Below are positions 1-10,709 of a stretch of 64,000 nt of DNA, in pieces. Location of the stretch: NCBI GenBank assembly GCA_963799235.1, contig CAWCWL010000006.1, positions 374,020 through 438,019 on the forward strand, given 5' to 3'. Each line of letters starts with the position of its first letter. Position 1 is the first letter of the stretch. The stretch comes from an uncultured Actinomycetota bacterium (GTDB lineage: Bacteria; Actinomycetota; Actinomycetes; Propionibacteriales; Propionibacteriaceae). Position numbers and translations under genes: made by a program. A model generated the notes under the pieces. The model saw only the letters and a program-made list of their open reading frames with translations, did not search any database and was not told where the DNA came from.

Positions 1-37
1 GATGGTGTTCAAGTGATACGCGCCATTCCCAAAGGCA

Positions 38-1084
38 TTGGCTGCCGCGTATCGCACCGCTGGATCACTAGCCTTGGCTGCACCCCGTCGCCGTACGGGT
101 CGGCTACTCGACTCCGGCCTGGAACAGCTACGAAAGGACCGACCCCGCGTCTGGTTCTTCGGCGTTCCCATTCGACAACAACCTCGGAGACCTCGCCCAA
201 TGGCTCTGCATCCGGGATTGGCTGGGCGAGAACTTTCCATCGCACGAGATTGTGGAAATCACCAGCGACGCCTTTCATGGGGCAACCTCAGCAATCTGTG
301 GGCATCTCGAGCGCCTCGTTGACCCCGAAAGTGACCTAGTGGTCATGCAGAGCGGTTACACGATGGATGGCTTGCATCCGGACGAGCGTGCACACGTCCT
401 AGTGCCAGCCCTCCTCCCTACCGTGCGAACCATCTTCTTTCCACAGACGATACTCTACCGATCTACTTCGGGCCTCCAGAGAATGCAGCAGACCCTACTG
501 TCACACCCTAGGGTACTTCTGCTCGCACGAGACCCGCACTCTCTGGAACTGGCGCTAGAGTACTTTCCCGACACCCAGAAAGATCTATTCCCCGACATAG
601 TCACGTCGTTGATTGGCCAGTTCGATTCCGCGAGCGACCGTTCGGGGATTCTCCTATGCGCCAGAAAGGATGGCGAGAAGCATTACAGTTCAGGGGACCT
701 TTCACGGCTCTCGCGACCCTCGGAGCTCTGACGCCCTGACGACAACAGATACGTCGATAGATGTTAGCCCAACCAGTTTACGCCGGAGGTTCTTCGACCG
801 ATGCTCGGCGAGGTGATTCACTACTACTACAATTTCGAGCCATTGTGACCGATCGGTACCATGGCACGATCTTCGCGCTCGTCGCAGGGACGCCTGTGAT
901 CGTACTGAGGACCACTGACCACAAGGTCACGAGTGGAGCAACGTGGCTCAACCGGTATTACCCCGAATACGTATATCCCGCCCAGTCACTTGACGAAGCC
1001 GTCTCGATCGCCGGGCGATTACGCGATGAAGGTGTCCGGCGGCCCCGCAGGCGTGGCCTCACGATCACTATCGATCACGGCTGA
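38..1084 (+). pseudogene. polysaccharide pyruvyl transferase (CsaB/WcaK-like), frameshifted
   Basis: Family motifs are spread over three reading frames. RVWFFGVP lies in ORF 38..322, FDNNLGDLAQW... in the frame of ORF 252..731, and TDRYHGTIFALVAGTPVIVL in ORF 761..1084. One extra base near 170 and another shift near 735-760 separate them. The 5' limit is uncertain. Confidence 0.6.
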
Positions 1085-2590
1085 AAGGCCTTGTCGACAG
1101 TCTTTAGCGGCCGCGGTCGCCACTGTGATCGGGCGGCAGTCATCCACCGGTTCATCTGAACCCAGCCACCGCGAACGCTCATTTTGCCAGCGATTGGCGA
1201 TAGCGCTGACGCTCGAAGCCAAACCGCGACGTCGGAGGCCCGCAAGAAGGCCCACGGCTGCACACATAAGGACACAGGACGCCCACATCGGAAGAGCCAA
1301 AGCACTCCAGACGAAGACGCCCCCTAAAATCACATTAGCCTCAACTGAACCACTCCATTTGAGTCCGAGTTCAGGCCTGAGCAGAATGTCCGCTACGATG
1401 ACCCGGCTGGCCGCCGCCACTGCTGACGATAGGAGCACGAACTCGATGCTCCCCAGCCAGAAGGCTCCCAAGAGCGCACCTATGGCCGCAACCGCAACCG
1501 CGCCCAGGTTCACAAACATGAGGCTCCGCTCACGGCGCGCCACTTTGAAGTAAGTCGAGTAGAGGACCTGCATCATTCCATCGATGATACCACATCGGCA
1601 TCAAATACACGGCCAATCTAATGCCGAATGCGCAGCCTGGAAGCCAGGCGATGGGCCCAGGCGGCCGGAAAATAGACCAGGTAACCAAACCGGACAGCAG
1701 AACGACCGTAATCGTACGGATGTGTAACAATGCAGCGGACCTGGTGCCCTCGGTGGCCATCCTCAGGGCGGGATATAGTACTAGCGACACCTGGGCCATG
1801 AGCGTCACCACGAAGCCCACTATGGTCACTCCAAGCGACACCTGGGCAAACACGGAGATGCTCCATCGCGCGTCAATCACGATGCGTGAGACACCCAAGA
1901 TCAGCGCGCTGGCAGATGTTGCCACGAGAAGCTTCGATCCTACTCGGATGCTCGCCCACTCTTCGGCGAGCGCCTTACGGAAGTGCCACCTGGCCAGGCT
2001 ACGACGCCCGGGGCGTAGAGCAGGCAGTAGCCTAGTCCGATGTACTCTGCGGCGACGTACGCCGTTAAGTAGGGGGCCACATCCCGCACATGGACCACCA
2101 CTAAGGCCACCAGCGGTACGGCGAACGCGATGGATGAGACGAGCAGCGAAAGTGGAACCTGCGAGTCTCTCCCATCGCCTGAAATAGGTAGCCGAGAAGC
2201 CGTCTTGCGCTAAACGCAGGCAACATCACCCCTAGTGCCAGCAGTACTTCACCTCGGCCGAGTGGTAGGGCTACCAGCCCCGACGCAAGGAGTCCCCCAC
2301 CAGCTAGCAACTGACCACATAGAAGAACCCAGAAGTGAGCAGAGGCACTAGTCGAGCCAATCTCCTTACGTCGGACACCGCCGAACCTCAGATACGCACC
2401 GTCGCTAAGCCCGCCCTGGAAGGGCCCAGGTACCCCACATAAAAAGGAAGAGCTGCCAATATCCGAAAGATTCTACCGGCACGACACGCGGCACCACAAA
2501 GGCTGATACTGCGCTCACAGCAAATGCGAGACCCTGCACGGCAATAGCTACCAGCATGTCTTTTGCAACGCTTCTCGCCTTGGCCATCAC
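1019..2590 (-). pseudogene. Wzx-like oligosaccharide flippase (Polysacc_synt/MOP family), fragmented
   Basis: Four consecutive hydrophobic ORFs lie in three different frames: 2405..2590, 2101..2310, 1530..1925 and 1019..1576. The N-terminal piece has the typical flippase start (...VVPVESFGYWQLFLF...). The 3' limit is uncertain. Confidence 0.55.
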
Positions 2591-2690
2591 TCAGTACCCT
2601 GGCCCAGTCCGCCTACGAGCAGATGGGCCTCACTTCCGGCCAACCTCACCTCTACGCCACAAGGAGGGCAACCGCGGACCCCACCTAGAC

Positions 2691-3814
2691 TCACTGAAGC
2701 ACCGAATCGTACGGCGTAACACGAAACCATTCCGGACGGAGGAAGGAGATACCCAGAAAATAGCCAAGCGCCAAGACCAGCATTGCGCCTATCGCGAGAC
2801 CTCTATCAGATCGCCGACCTTCAATCGGTACCTGAGCCAAGCCCACCGAAAGAAGCGGCACGAAGTAGAGGATCAAGCGAAGGAAGGCATTTGATCCATA
2901 GGCGAGAGCGACGGAGGGAATAACCATCCACGCCCCCAGATATGTGAAATCGGGCGGCCTTGCAGGGCTCGCCCCTCGAGCGTCAAATCCGCGCACATGG
3001 ATCATGTAAGTCACGCAGACGAGGAAAAGCGCTGCATCAATGAGCACGCCCAGTTTGCCGCCGCTTGTTGCTAAATCTTCCTGATATCCCTGATATCGCC
3101 CAGTCCTCTCAACTATAAACATCAAAATAGGACCAGAGGTCCACCAGAGCACAATGCTACAAAGGCCGATAATCGCCAGGACCCTCGGTCGCAGACGCAC
3201 CCAGGCCAAAGGGAGCAGAGCTAGCGCCACCCAGGCGCTCGAGTGGAACTGGGTTGCCACGAGTACCGCGACAATGAAGCCTAGTGGCTTTCGGACGGCC
3301 AGTCGGGGTATAAAAATGACTATAACCGCCGTCGCGATCGACTGTCGCATCCACGCCATAGACATCGCGTAGCCTTGCAGGAGAATGAAGAAGGAGGCCG
3401 CTAGCGTGACGTTAGCTCCCGATGCGTACACGTAATAACCAATCCCACCGAGAATCAGCACGCTACTCACGGCGAGCAATAGCTGAGGATCTGGAAAAAT
3501 CAGAGACAACCCCTTGTTGAGCAGGAAAAAGCCGGACTCATAGCGCGAACCCCGGCTTCATCCCAGCCCATCGAGCCCATGATTGAGTAATATGTGCAAT
3601 ATTGGCGGGTATCCGCTCCGACATCACAGGTGCGAGTTGCGGAGACTGCCGCGAGCATGCCGAACACCACCAGGGCGAAGACTTTACGGTGGGCGATGGA
3701 AGACTCTGGCTGCACGATTATGGAGAGCAGCGGAATTATGCCAAGCAGTGCCAGATATAGGATCACTCTCGCGGACCGCCTAACACAAAGGAGGGAGGGC
3801 GCCGGAGCTGGCAT
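2691..3814 (-). pseudogene. EpsG-family polysaccharide polymerase (Wzy-like), one frameshift
   Basis: The N-terminal part (ORF 3500..3958, ...DVGADTRQYCTYY...) stops at 3500. The motif YESGFFLLNKGLSLIF continues in the frame of ORF 2691..3509, a multi-TM protein containing MRQSIATA. The frame change is near 3528. Confidence 0.6.
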
Positions 3815-5070
3815 GTCGGACGGAAGTCGCGCCTCCCCCTCGTCACGTGCCTCCAGTCCAAGGACGTCGGCGTAGAGTCGCGTGAGCTTGGCGACGTATT
3901 TCGCTTTGCTGTGCGCAGATCGGATTCGAGGCATGTCTTCCAATATGTTGCCACGCATTCTGCGTGTTCCTGCGGGTCGCTCAGGCGTCGCATGCAGCGC
4001 TCAAGGTCAGACGCATTGCCCGACCTGAATGAGACCGTCCTTCCGTCCTTCACGGACTCCCGCGCCGCGCAGGCGTCGGACACGATGCATGGCAGAGCGG
4101 CGACGAGTTGTGCCTCCGTTGGGGTGAGGGGCGCGGCTTCGAGCCATCGAGACGGGAAAACCAGCGCTTTAGCGTGCAGCATGGTTCGCTCCAGTTCTTC
4201 GCCTGTCATCCAGTCCCTGAACCCGACTCCTCGGATACCGCTTCACAAGATCGGGCTTGATGGAGCCGCCTCCCCCACGAGCAGTCCATTCGCCCCTGCG
4301 GCGGAGGCGGCCTGGCAGAGATAGGTCCATCCCCTTCTCTGCCTCGATCCGCCCCGCGCAGAGAAGCGGGCCTTCGGTTCCAGAGTACGAGTCGAACCAC
4401 GATGTCACGCACACCGGATTCTCAATGACCAAGCTCCGATGTTCAGTTGGATGTCCCTCTCTCCAACCAACGAGCCGGAAGCCGGAGACGTACACCACGG
4501 TCGGACTCGATCTGACCAGGGCAGTCGTCTGGATCCCGGACCGTGCGGCTCGGAACATCTTCGACCGGCCATCGCGGTCGCAGTTGCAGCTCAGACAGCC
4601 AGCCAAGAGCGGGCCTGCGCAGATTTCCCCGCGGAAAAACATACCTGCACGCGTTCGGCATCCGAGAAGTTAGTCATGGGCTGTAATTACGAGCGGGACC
4701 CCCAGCGTCACGAACGGCCGGACACTGACGGGGAGAGCTTCGAACCCCAGGAGTAGCGTGAACTAACGGTCTCGCCCTTGGGATTGGTTCGAAGCAGGTC
4801 GCTAAGCATGTCGTAGGTGCGACGGTCCCAGTTCCGACGTCGCCCGAAAGGCTGACTGACGCCCAGCGGCTAACGCTCTCCTTGCGGTTCAGGGGCCGAC
4901 AGCACAGCTCGCGCCTAGGCTGTCGTCCGCGTCGGTTACCCGCCAAGCGAACACCGTCACATCCAGGCCGGCCTTGCTCAGCCAGCGCGGCAGCAGATTC
5001 GACTGCCACCTCGGCCGCGCCTCCATCGATCAGCGGCAGTGTCGGTGATCACGACGACAGACCTCACCAT
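3815..5070 (-). pseudogene. GT1/GT4-family glycosyltransferase, multiply frameshifted
   Basis: The N-terminus MVRSVVVITDT (ATG at 5070) is followed one base out of frame by LPLIDGGAAEVAVESAAALAEQG. GRIEAEKGMDL lies in ORF 4169..4642. ALVFPSRWLEAAPLTPTEAQ...CIVSD lies in ORF 3763..4209. A C-terminal-like ...KYVAKLTRLYADVL lies in the frame of ORF 3500..3958. Confidence 0.6.
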
Positions 5071-5114
5071 CCTCGGCCGTCTCCAGAGCGAGCCCCGAGT
5101 GCTCAGGTCCTGGC

Positions 5115-6134
5115 TCATTCGAAGGAACCTAAGTGAAAAGGCCCATCGAGCGATTCAAGTCGAATGAACGACACAGCGCCTGTGCGCGAGCGTTCCACGC
5201 TCACCTTGGTCAGAAAGGACTGCATCGACCTGCGCGGCAGAGTCGCAGCATGATCCTCAACAACCACCTGCGCTCCGGTCTCCCCTATCGGTTCGGCACC
5301 CACGCTGTTCGTACCGCACGACACACATGCCACGGCATGCGACCTCGATGATCTCGGCCGCCAGAAACTCCAGTCATGCAGTAGAGGCCCGTCCTGTGGG
5401 GTCGCGTCCGCGGTCTTCCGGAGGACCGATCTCGTCGGCGCCCTAGTTGGTACACCAGACCAACCCAGGTGGTCTCTGCTTCCCTCCGCCCCTGAGGTCA
5501 TTCAACGTCCCCCACACCATCCCGATGGACTCTTTCGAGCTGGACTCGGGCCTGCCAGACCCAGTTCCCGGCGGATCCGACTGAGATCCCCGTAACGCGG
5601 CTCGTAAAATAACAGGGACGGCCCAGCGGGCCAGTGGGAGACGGGCACAGCCACCCACCTGAATGATCGGTCGGTCTCGAGCGGCGACAATTGCCATTTT
5701 GGAAGACGGACCGCTTTTCCTGTGTTGAGGGCCGTGATGATTCGCACTCCCAACTGCAGAACTTTGCTTCATGCCGTACAAGCTCAGCCATGTGCCGTTC
5801 AGTCGTCCGAGCGAAATCGTCGCGCCTCTCCCCGGTCGACACGATCTCGCCAGCCGATTCAAGAGGGCGCAGATACCTCTGCTGTGCGCGTGGAGCCACC
5901 GCCCGTCTCGGCGCGGAGGGTCCATTACTCGGTCCGAAGAAGCGCGCGTACTCCTGCGCTCGTCTTCGGGCACCCTCCGCAGATGCGACCCAGACGGCCG
6001 TGTGCGCCGGCGAGCGCCTTGTGAAGAGGCACGCGGCGACGCAGCAATCGGGACTGCCTGAAGTCCACGCGCCGCAGCAATCGGTGCAGAATACGGGCAA
6101 CGAGCACCTTCCCCGCGTAGGCGGCAGCAGACAT
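5115..6134 (-). other. unassigned, apparently decayed coding region
   Basis: All three minus-strand frames carry overlapping ORFs (6134 down to 5925, 5498..6220, 5443..6342, 5502..5753, 5115..5501), and none is continuous. I recognise no family. A weak sulfotransferase-like LLFYE..DL...RELGL string is not sufficient. Confidence 0.2.
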
Positions 6135-6155
6135 AGGCGGAAAGCGGAATGAAGC

Positions 6156-7083
6156 TCACAGACGCCGGCCTGCGAGTCCGGCCAGTCCGGCAACCGCCAG
6201 CCAGAAGCCCGCACAGCCAACAGTCGCGCGCATTATCTTGTGGGCGAGGAAGACCCTGTCCCACTGGCAGCGTACGAGCTTCGGCAACAGCGGCAGCGCC
6301 TCGGTAAGCAATCCCGAAGTGATTCGTACCCTGCGTTCCCATTGATCCCTTCGGTCACAGCCGTTCCAGGTTTGGATGGTTGGGAGACGGTGACAGACAA
6401 CCCACGGAACGCGTAGTTGAACGCAACATGTAGGTCGTCGAGGACTACAGAGGGGTCTAGCGACTGGAGGTCGATCGTCGGGTGGCCAGGAACTCTCCCG
6501 CTACTGCCAGCGTGCCCGTCGAATCGCCGCTGGCGGCCTTGACCCGCCTGTTCCAGAGCCCAGAACGGGCCGTCGAGCCCACCCGATTCACTCTTCGACG
6601 CTGAGACAAGGTGCCATTCCTCGAGTTCTCCCAAAACCATGGGCAACCACCCACGCCTCGGGAGAATTGGCAGTTCGCGTCGGTGAAGACGACCACATCG
6701 GAGTCGCTCCGTTCGAGGCCAGCGTTACACGCGGCCGCCTTCCCTTCGCGCTCCGTGATGACAACAATGTCCGCGGCGGAGGCCGCTGCAGCTGTATTTG
6801 GATCGCTGGCAACGACAATGATTCGGGTGGCTCCCGGATGCTCAGCAAGTCCCTCCCGCAAGTCCGAGATCTTTGAGGCGATGTCGCTGGCTTCAAGGTA
6901 CGAGGGCACGATGACGTCCACCGAGGCACTACCGGGTAAGGGGAGAGGCTTCGGCCCCGTCCGCCCTCGGTGTCTTTCGAGAGCAGACATAGCAAACGGC
7001 AGGGCCACAGACAACGCAAACAAGCCAACTCCCACGGCGGCGAGCATGGCGCTGCCGCGTGAGGTTCTCTGCCTACTCATCAT
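6156..7083 (-). pseudogene. GT2-family glycosyltransferase, at least two frameshifts
   Basis: ORF 6457..7083 carries VDVIVPSYLE...IIVVASD...GKAAACNAGL...VVVFTDANC. The protein continues in ORF 6233..6646 (LEEWHLVSASKSESGG...VVLDDLHVAFNYAFRGLSV). It then continues in the third frame (WERRVRITSGLLTEALPLL...FLAHKIMRAT...) to a TGA at 6156-6158. Confidence 0.65.
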
Positions 7084-7122
7084 CTGTCACATTTCTTGTT
7101 GGTTGCTGGGCGTGAGGCAAGA

Positions 7123-8640
7123 TCAGTAGGCCCCGGCTGGGCGCGTGACGACCCGCACCGTCTTCATGATGATGGTGATGTCGCCGATCAGCGACCAGTT
7201 CTCCACGTACCGCAGGTCAAGCCGGATGCTCTCCTCCATGGAGAGCTCGGAGCGCCCGTTCACCTGCCACAGACCGGTGATGCCAGGCTTGATCAGCAGG
7301 CGGCGGTGGTGCGCGTCGGTGTACTCGGCGACTTCCCTGGGAACCTGCGGTCTCGGTCCGACGACGCTCATGCCGCCCCGCAGCGCCGACCAGAACTGCG
7401 GCAACTCGTCGAGGGAGTACTTGCGGAGGAACCGGCCGATGCGTGTGATCCGGGGGTCGTCCTCCAGCTTGAACAGCAACGCGGTGCCACCGGAGGCAGC
7501 AATCAGGGCGTCGATCTTGTCCTCGGCGTCCACGCACATGGTGCGGAACTTGTGAATGGTGAACGGGGCGCCGTAGCGGCCCACCCGCTGCTGGCGGAAC
7601 AGGATCGGCCCGCGATCATCGAGTTTGATCAGCACGGCCACCAGCGCGAAGAGGGGCGCCAACACGACCAGGGCGATCGCTGACACGGCAATGTCGAAAG
7701 AGCGCTTCACCACGAGCTTCCAGCCGGTGAACCGTGGCAGTTCGACATGTACCAGCGACAGGCCCTCGACCGAACTCACCTTCAACCGCGGACCGGAGAC
7801 ATCCATCATGCGGGGCACGTACATCAGCTGCACCGGCCGGTTCTCCAGGCGCCAGGCAAGATCCCTGCTCTGCGCCCGGGTGAGCCCGTCAGTGATGATC
7901 ACCGACGAGTACCGGGAACTGCGCAGCGCGCGATTCATGTCGCCCAGCGTCAGCACGCGTACACCGGGTGACTGCGCGGCGACGTGGTGCTCGGTGGCGT
8001 CGACCACGCAGACCGCTGCGGGCTTGTAGCCGGCCGCGGTGTTCCGGCGCATCTCCTTGACCACGTCGAGGGCGGCGTCGCCATTGCCGATGATCAGTGC
8101 GGGGCTCATCGCACGGCCGGTGCTGCGGATGCGCTGCAGCCAGGTTCTCGCCAGCCAACGGCCCACCAGCAGGAGCGAGATTCCGATGGGCAGCGTGGTG
8201 ACGAACATCGCGCGCGACAGCTCTGCTCGCAGCCAGAAGGAGGTCATGGCGAGGGCGCCGAACAGGAAGACGCTGGCCGAGATCACCAGGCGGTACTCGG
8301 TGAGGCCTGCGCCGACGACGCGCTGCGCTCGTGACTCATCCGCTCCCAGGATCAGCACCCAGAGTCCGACCAGGATCGGCGAGAGCATGGCGTAGGAGAG
8401 TTCCGCAACACCCAGAACCTGCTCACCCGGAGTGAAGAGAGCCTGGAACGTCACGAGGACCGCGACGGAGATCGCCGCCAGGTCAACCCCGACCAGCGCC
8501 CACCGGAACTTCGAATACCAACTCGGGCGGCCCGCCTGGGGCGCAATCGCTGACGCGACCCACGGGGATGACCGCACCTGGCTCAGGGTGTCGTTCTCAC
8601 GTGTCAGAGCACTCTGCGGAGCGGGCAACACGGCCTTCAC
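7123..8640 (-). CDS. exopolysaccharide polyprenyl-phosphate glycosyl-1-phosphate transferase (WbaP-like bacterial sugar transferase), intact
   Basis: 505-aa ORF with an N-terminal multi-TM region. The C-terminal domain reads KRSFDIAVS...DDRGPILFRQQRVG..FTIHKFRTM...DPRITRIGRFLRKYSLDELPQ...SVVGPRP...KPGITGLWQV. Confidence 0.9.
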   Translation of the reverse strand: MKAVLPAPQSALTRENDTLSQVRSSPWVASAIAPQAGRPSWYSKFRWALVGVDLAAISVAVLVTFQALFTPGEQVLGVAELSYAMLSPILVGLWVLILGADESRAQRVVGAGLTEYRLVISASVFLFGALAMTSFWLRAELSRAMFVTTLPIGISLLLVGRWLARTWLQRIRSTGRAMSPALIIGNGDAALDVVKEMRRNTAAGYKPAAVCVVDATEHHVAAQSPGVRVLTLGDMNRALRSSRYSSVIITDGLTRAQSRDLAWRLENRPVQLMYVPRMMDVSGPRLKVSSVEGLSLVHVELPRFTGWKLVVKRSFDIAVSAIALVVLAPLFALVAVLIKLDDRGPILFRQQRVGRYGAPFTIHKFRTMCVDAEDKIDALIAASGGTALLFKLEDDPRITRIGRFLRKYSLDELPQFWSALRGGMSVVGPRPQVPREVAEYTDAHHRRLLIKPGITGLWQVNGRSELSMEESIRLDLRYVENWSLIGDITIIMKTVRVVTRPAGAY

Positions 8641-8811
8641 CTACCTACGCGTCAGCTATCCAACGGATATAGCAAAGCGACGAGGTTGGGGTGAACTCGA
8701 CGCCTCACCATAGAACTAAAAGGCGTCTCGCGTGGGCAATATTGCGTATCTGGACACGCGTTGAATTCTTCGTACGAGTTCGTACACCTTCGGGGTCTCA
8801 CAAGGGGAGAC

Positions 8812-9447
8812 TCACGCTCCAGGTACTGCACCCACGTTGTAGGAAAGCAGGCGGCAGTGGTCCTCGCCGGGGCGTAGCACCATCCAGTGGCAGTTCACCA
8901 GGCCGCCGAAAAGGCGGGCGTGGGAGTAGTCGAGGCCCATCAGCAGCAGGGCGCCCACCCGCAGCGACAGCCCGTGCCCGACCACCAGCAGCACCTCGCC
9001 TTCCGCAGCGGCCTCTGCATGGTCGAGGACGGCGAGAGCCACCCGCTGTCCTGCCTGGGTGGCACTCTCCCCCGTCGGCGAACGGGGGAAGTCGCGTCCC
9101 TCGCGCAGGGCCGGCCAGAAGTCGGGCTCCTCCTTGCCGATGGTGTCCATGCTCATCCCCGCCCACGACCCCACGTCCACCTCGCGCAGCCGCGCGTCGG
9201 TCTGCACGGCGATGCCCCCCGGTGCGGTCGAGAGCTGCGCGGTGACGAGTCGGGCGGTCTCCGCTGCCCGTGACAGGTCGGAGCTGACCGCGCGTGTGAT
9301 CCCGGCATCGCGCAGCAGCTCACCTGCTGCGGTGGCCTGCTCGCGTCCGGCATCGTTCAGCGGAATGTCGGCGTGGCCCTGGAAGCGTCCGCCATCGTTC
9401 CAGTCGGTCACCCCGTGGCGCAGCAGGATGATGCTGCTCGCTGTCAT
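8812..9447 (-). CDS. histidine phosphatase family protein (phosphoglycerate-mutase-like)
   Basis: Starts ILLRHGVTDWNDGGRFQGHADIPLNDAGREQA and contains ...VVGHG. Its start overlaps the rsfS stop. It occupies the position after nadD-rsfS that GpgP holds in mycobacteria. Confidence 0.85.
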   Translation of the reverse strand: MTASSIILLRHGVTDWNDGGRFQGHADIPLNDAGREQATAAGELLRDAGITRAVSSDLSRAAETARLVTAQLSTAPGGIAVQTDARLREVDVGSWAGMSMDTIGKEEPDFWPALREGRDFPRSPTGESATQAGQRVALAVLDHAEAAAEGEVLLVVGHGLSLRVGALLLMGLDYSHARLFGGLVNCHWMVLRPGEDHCRLLSYNVGAVPGA

Positions 9448-9830
9448 GCCTCGGTCGGCTCCGGCGCTACGTCGAGGTTGCCGAGGTCGAGGCGCGGGCA
9501 GTCCTTCCAGAGGCGCTCCAGCGCGTACAGCGCCCGCTCCTCCGTGTGCTGCACGTGCACGACCACGTCGAGGTAGTCCAGCAGCACCCAGCGCTTCTCC
9601 CGGTCACCCTCGCGACGGGTGGGCTTCACGCCGGTCTTCAGGAGAGCCTCCTCGATCCCGTCCACCACTGCACCCACCTGGCGCTCGTTGGTAGCGGCGA
9701 CGATCAGGAAGATGTCGGTGATCGCCAGGCGCTCGGAGACGTCGAAGGCCACCGGGTCGAGGGCCTTCTTGTCCACGGCTGCGCGGGCGGCGATACGGGC
9801 GATCTCAAGGGCGTTCTCTGTTGCGGTCAC
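9444..9830 (-). CDS. rsfS: ribosomal silencing factor RsfS
   Basis: Contains ...[37 protein letters not shown]...[28 protein letters not shown]. The start is chosen at GTG 9830, which forms a GTGA overlap with the nadD stop and has GAGGAG upstream. The track ORF extends further upstream to 9935. Confidence 0.85.
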   Translation of the reverse strand: MTATENALEIARIAARAAVDKKALDPVAFDVSERLAITDIFLIVAATNERQVGAVVDGIEEALLKTGVKPTRREGDREKRWVLLDYLDVVVHVQHTEERALYALERLWKDCPRLDLGNLDVAPEPTEA

Positions 9831-10474
9831 TTGACTCCTCTGGGGCGGTACAGCCCCCGTTTGGCGATGTACTGGACGATGCCGTCGGGTACCAGGTACC
9901 ACAGCGGCAGGCCCTGCGCGACGCGTTCGCGGCACGCGGTGGACGAGATGGAAAGGGCGGGCACCTCAAGCAGGGTGACCTTGTCCTCCGGCAGGTGGGC
10001 GATGTCACTCTCGCCCAGCGGGATGCCGGGACGGGACACCCCGACGAAGTGGGCGAGGTCGAACAGTTCGTCCACGCCCTTCCAGGTGAGGATCTGGCTG
10101 AGGGCGTCCGCACCGGTGATGAAGAAGATGTCGATCGCCGACCCGCGCAGCTTGCGGATGTCGCGCAGCGTGTCGACGGTGTAGGTGTCGCCGCCACGCT
10201 CGATGTCGACCCGGCTCACGGAGAACCGCGGGTTCGACGCCGTCGCGATGGTGGTCATCAGGTAGCGGTCCTCCGCCTGCGAGACGACCTTGTCAGCCTT
10301 CTGCCAGGGATGGCCGGTGGGCACGAACACCACCTCGTCGAGGGCGAACCGTGCCTGCACCTCACTGGCAGCAACAAGGTGACCGTGGTGGATCGGGTCG
10401 AACGTGCCACCCATCACGCCCAGGCGCATCCTTCGCGTGCCGCTCTGCTCCCAGGCGATCGGGGTTTCGCTCAT
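9827..10474 (-). CDS. nadD: nicotinate-nucleotide adenylyltransferase
   Basis: Contains [24 protein letters not shown]... The ATG at 10474 forms an ATGA overlap with the upstream micro-ORF. An alternative start lies at 10429. Confidence 0.9.
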   Translation of the reverse strand: MSETPIAWEQSGTRRMRLGVMGGTFDPIHHGHLVAASEVQARFALDEVVFVPTGHPWQKADKVVSQAEDRYLMTTIATASNPRFSVSRVDIERGGDTYTVDTLRDIRKLRGSAIDIFFITGADALSQILTWKGVDELFDLAHFVGVSRPGIPLGESDIAHLPEDKVTLLEVPALSISSTACRERVAQGLPLWYLVPDGIVQYIAKRGLYRPRGVK

Positions 10475-10605
10475 TTGGCGTGCGGCCGGCCCTTACCCAC
10501 CTGGCGGACGAAGCCGAGACCGGTAGCGAGGATCACGAAAGCCAGCCCGCCGACGAGGGCGGGCACGGTGATGTCGTAGACGACGGCCTGCAGGACGGTG
10601 TGCAT
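10471..10605 (-). CDS. 44-aa single-TM micro-protein (not in the ORF track, below its size cutoff)
   Basis: Hand translation gives [48 protein letters not shown] lies upstream of the ATG at 10605. The stop overlaps the nadD ATG as ATGA. Confidence 0.4.
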   Translation of the reverse strand: MHTVLQAVVYDITVPALVGGLAFVILATGLGFVRQVGKGRPHAK

Positions 10606-10644
10606 GCCGGGATCCTACCGGGACGGCGCCCGGACCGCCTCACC

Positions 10645-10698
10645 CCGACTTGTCAGAATCTCGCTGAGCTATAGCTTCGTGGGTTTCTGACAAGTCGG
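10645..10698. repeat. 54-bp palindromic element, copy A (14-bp terminal inverted repeats CCGACTTGTCAGAA / TTCTGACAAGTCGG)
   Basis: Read directly from the sequence. It sits between the proA stop (10710) and the micro-ORF/nadD start, so it could act as a hairpin terminator or attenuator after proA. Confidence 0.8.
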
Positions 10699-10709
10699 CG
10701 GGATGGGGC

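Noticed and set aside
8691-9447. Plus-strand ORFs 8691..9245, 8887..9273 and 9059..9694 overlapping the histidine phosphatase and rsfS genes
   Set aside because: Their Arg/Pro/Ala-rich translations have no motifs, and they are antisense or off-frame to well-supported genes.
10645-10698. TTGTCAGAA termini as PafBC/RecA-NDp-type DNA-damage promoters (recalled consensus tTGTCRgtg-8 nt-TAnnnT)
   Set aside because: The bases after TTGTCA differ from the consensus (GAA rather than GTG). No TAnnnT hexamer lies at the required 8-nt spacing on either strand in any of the three copies. One copy is inside a coding region.
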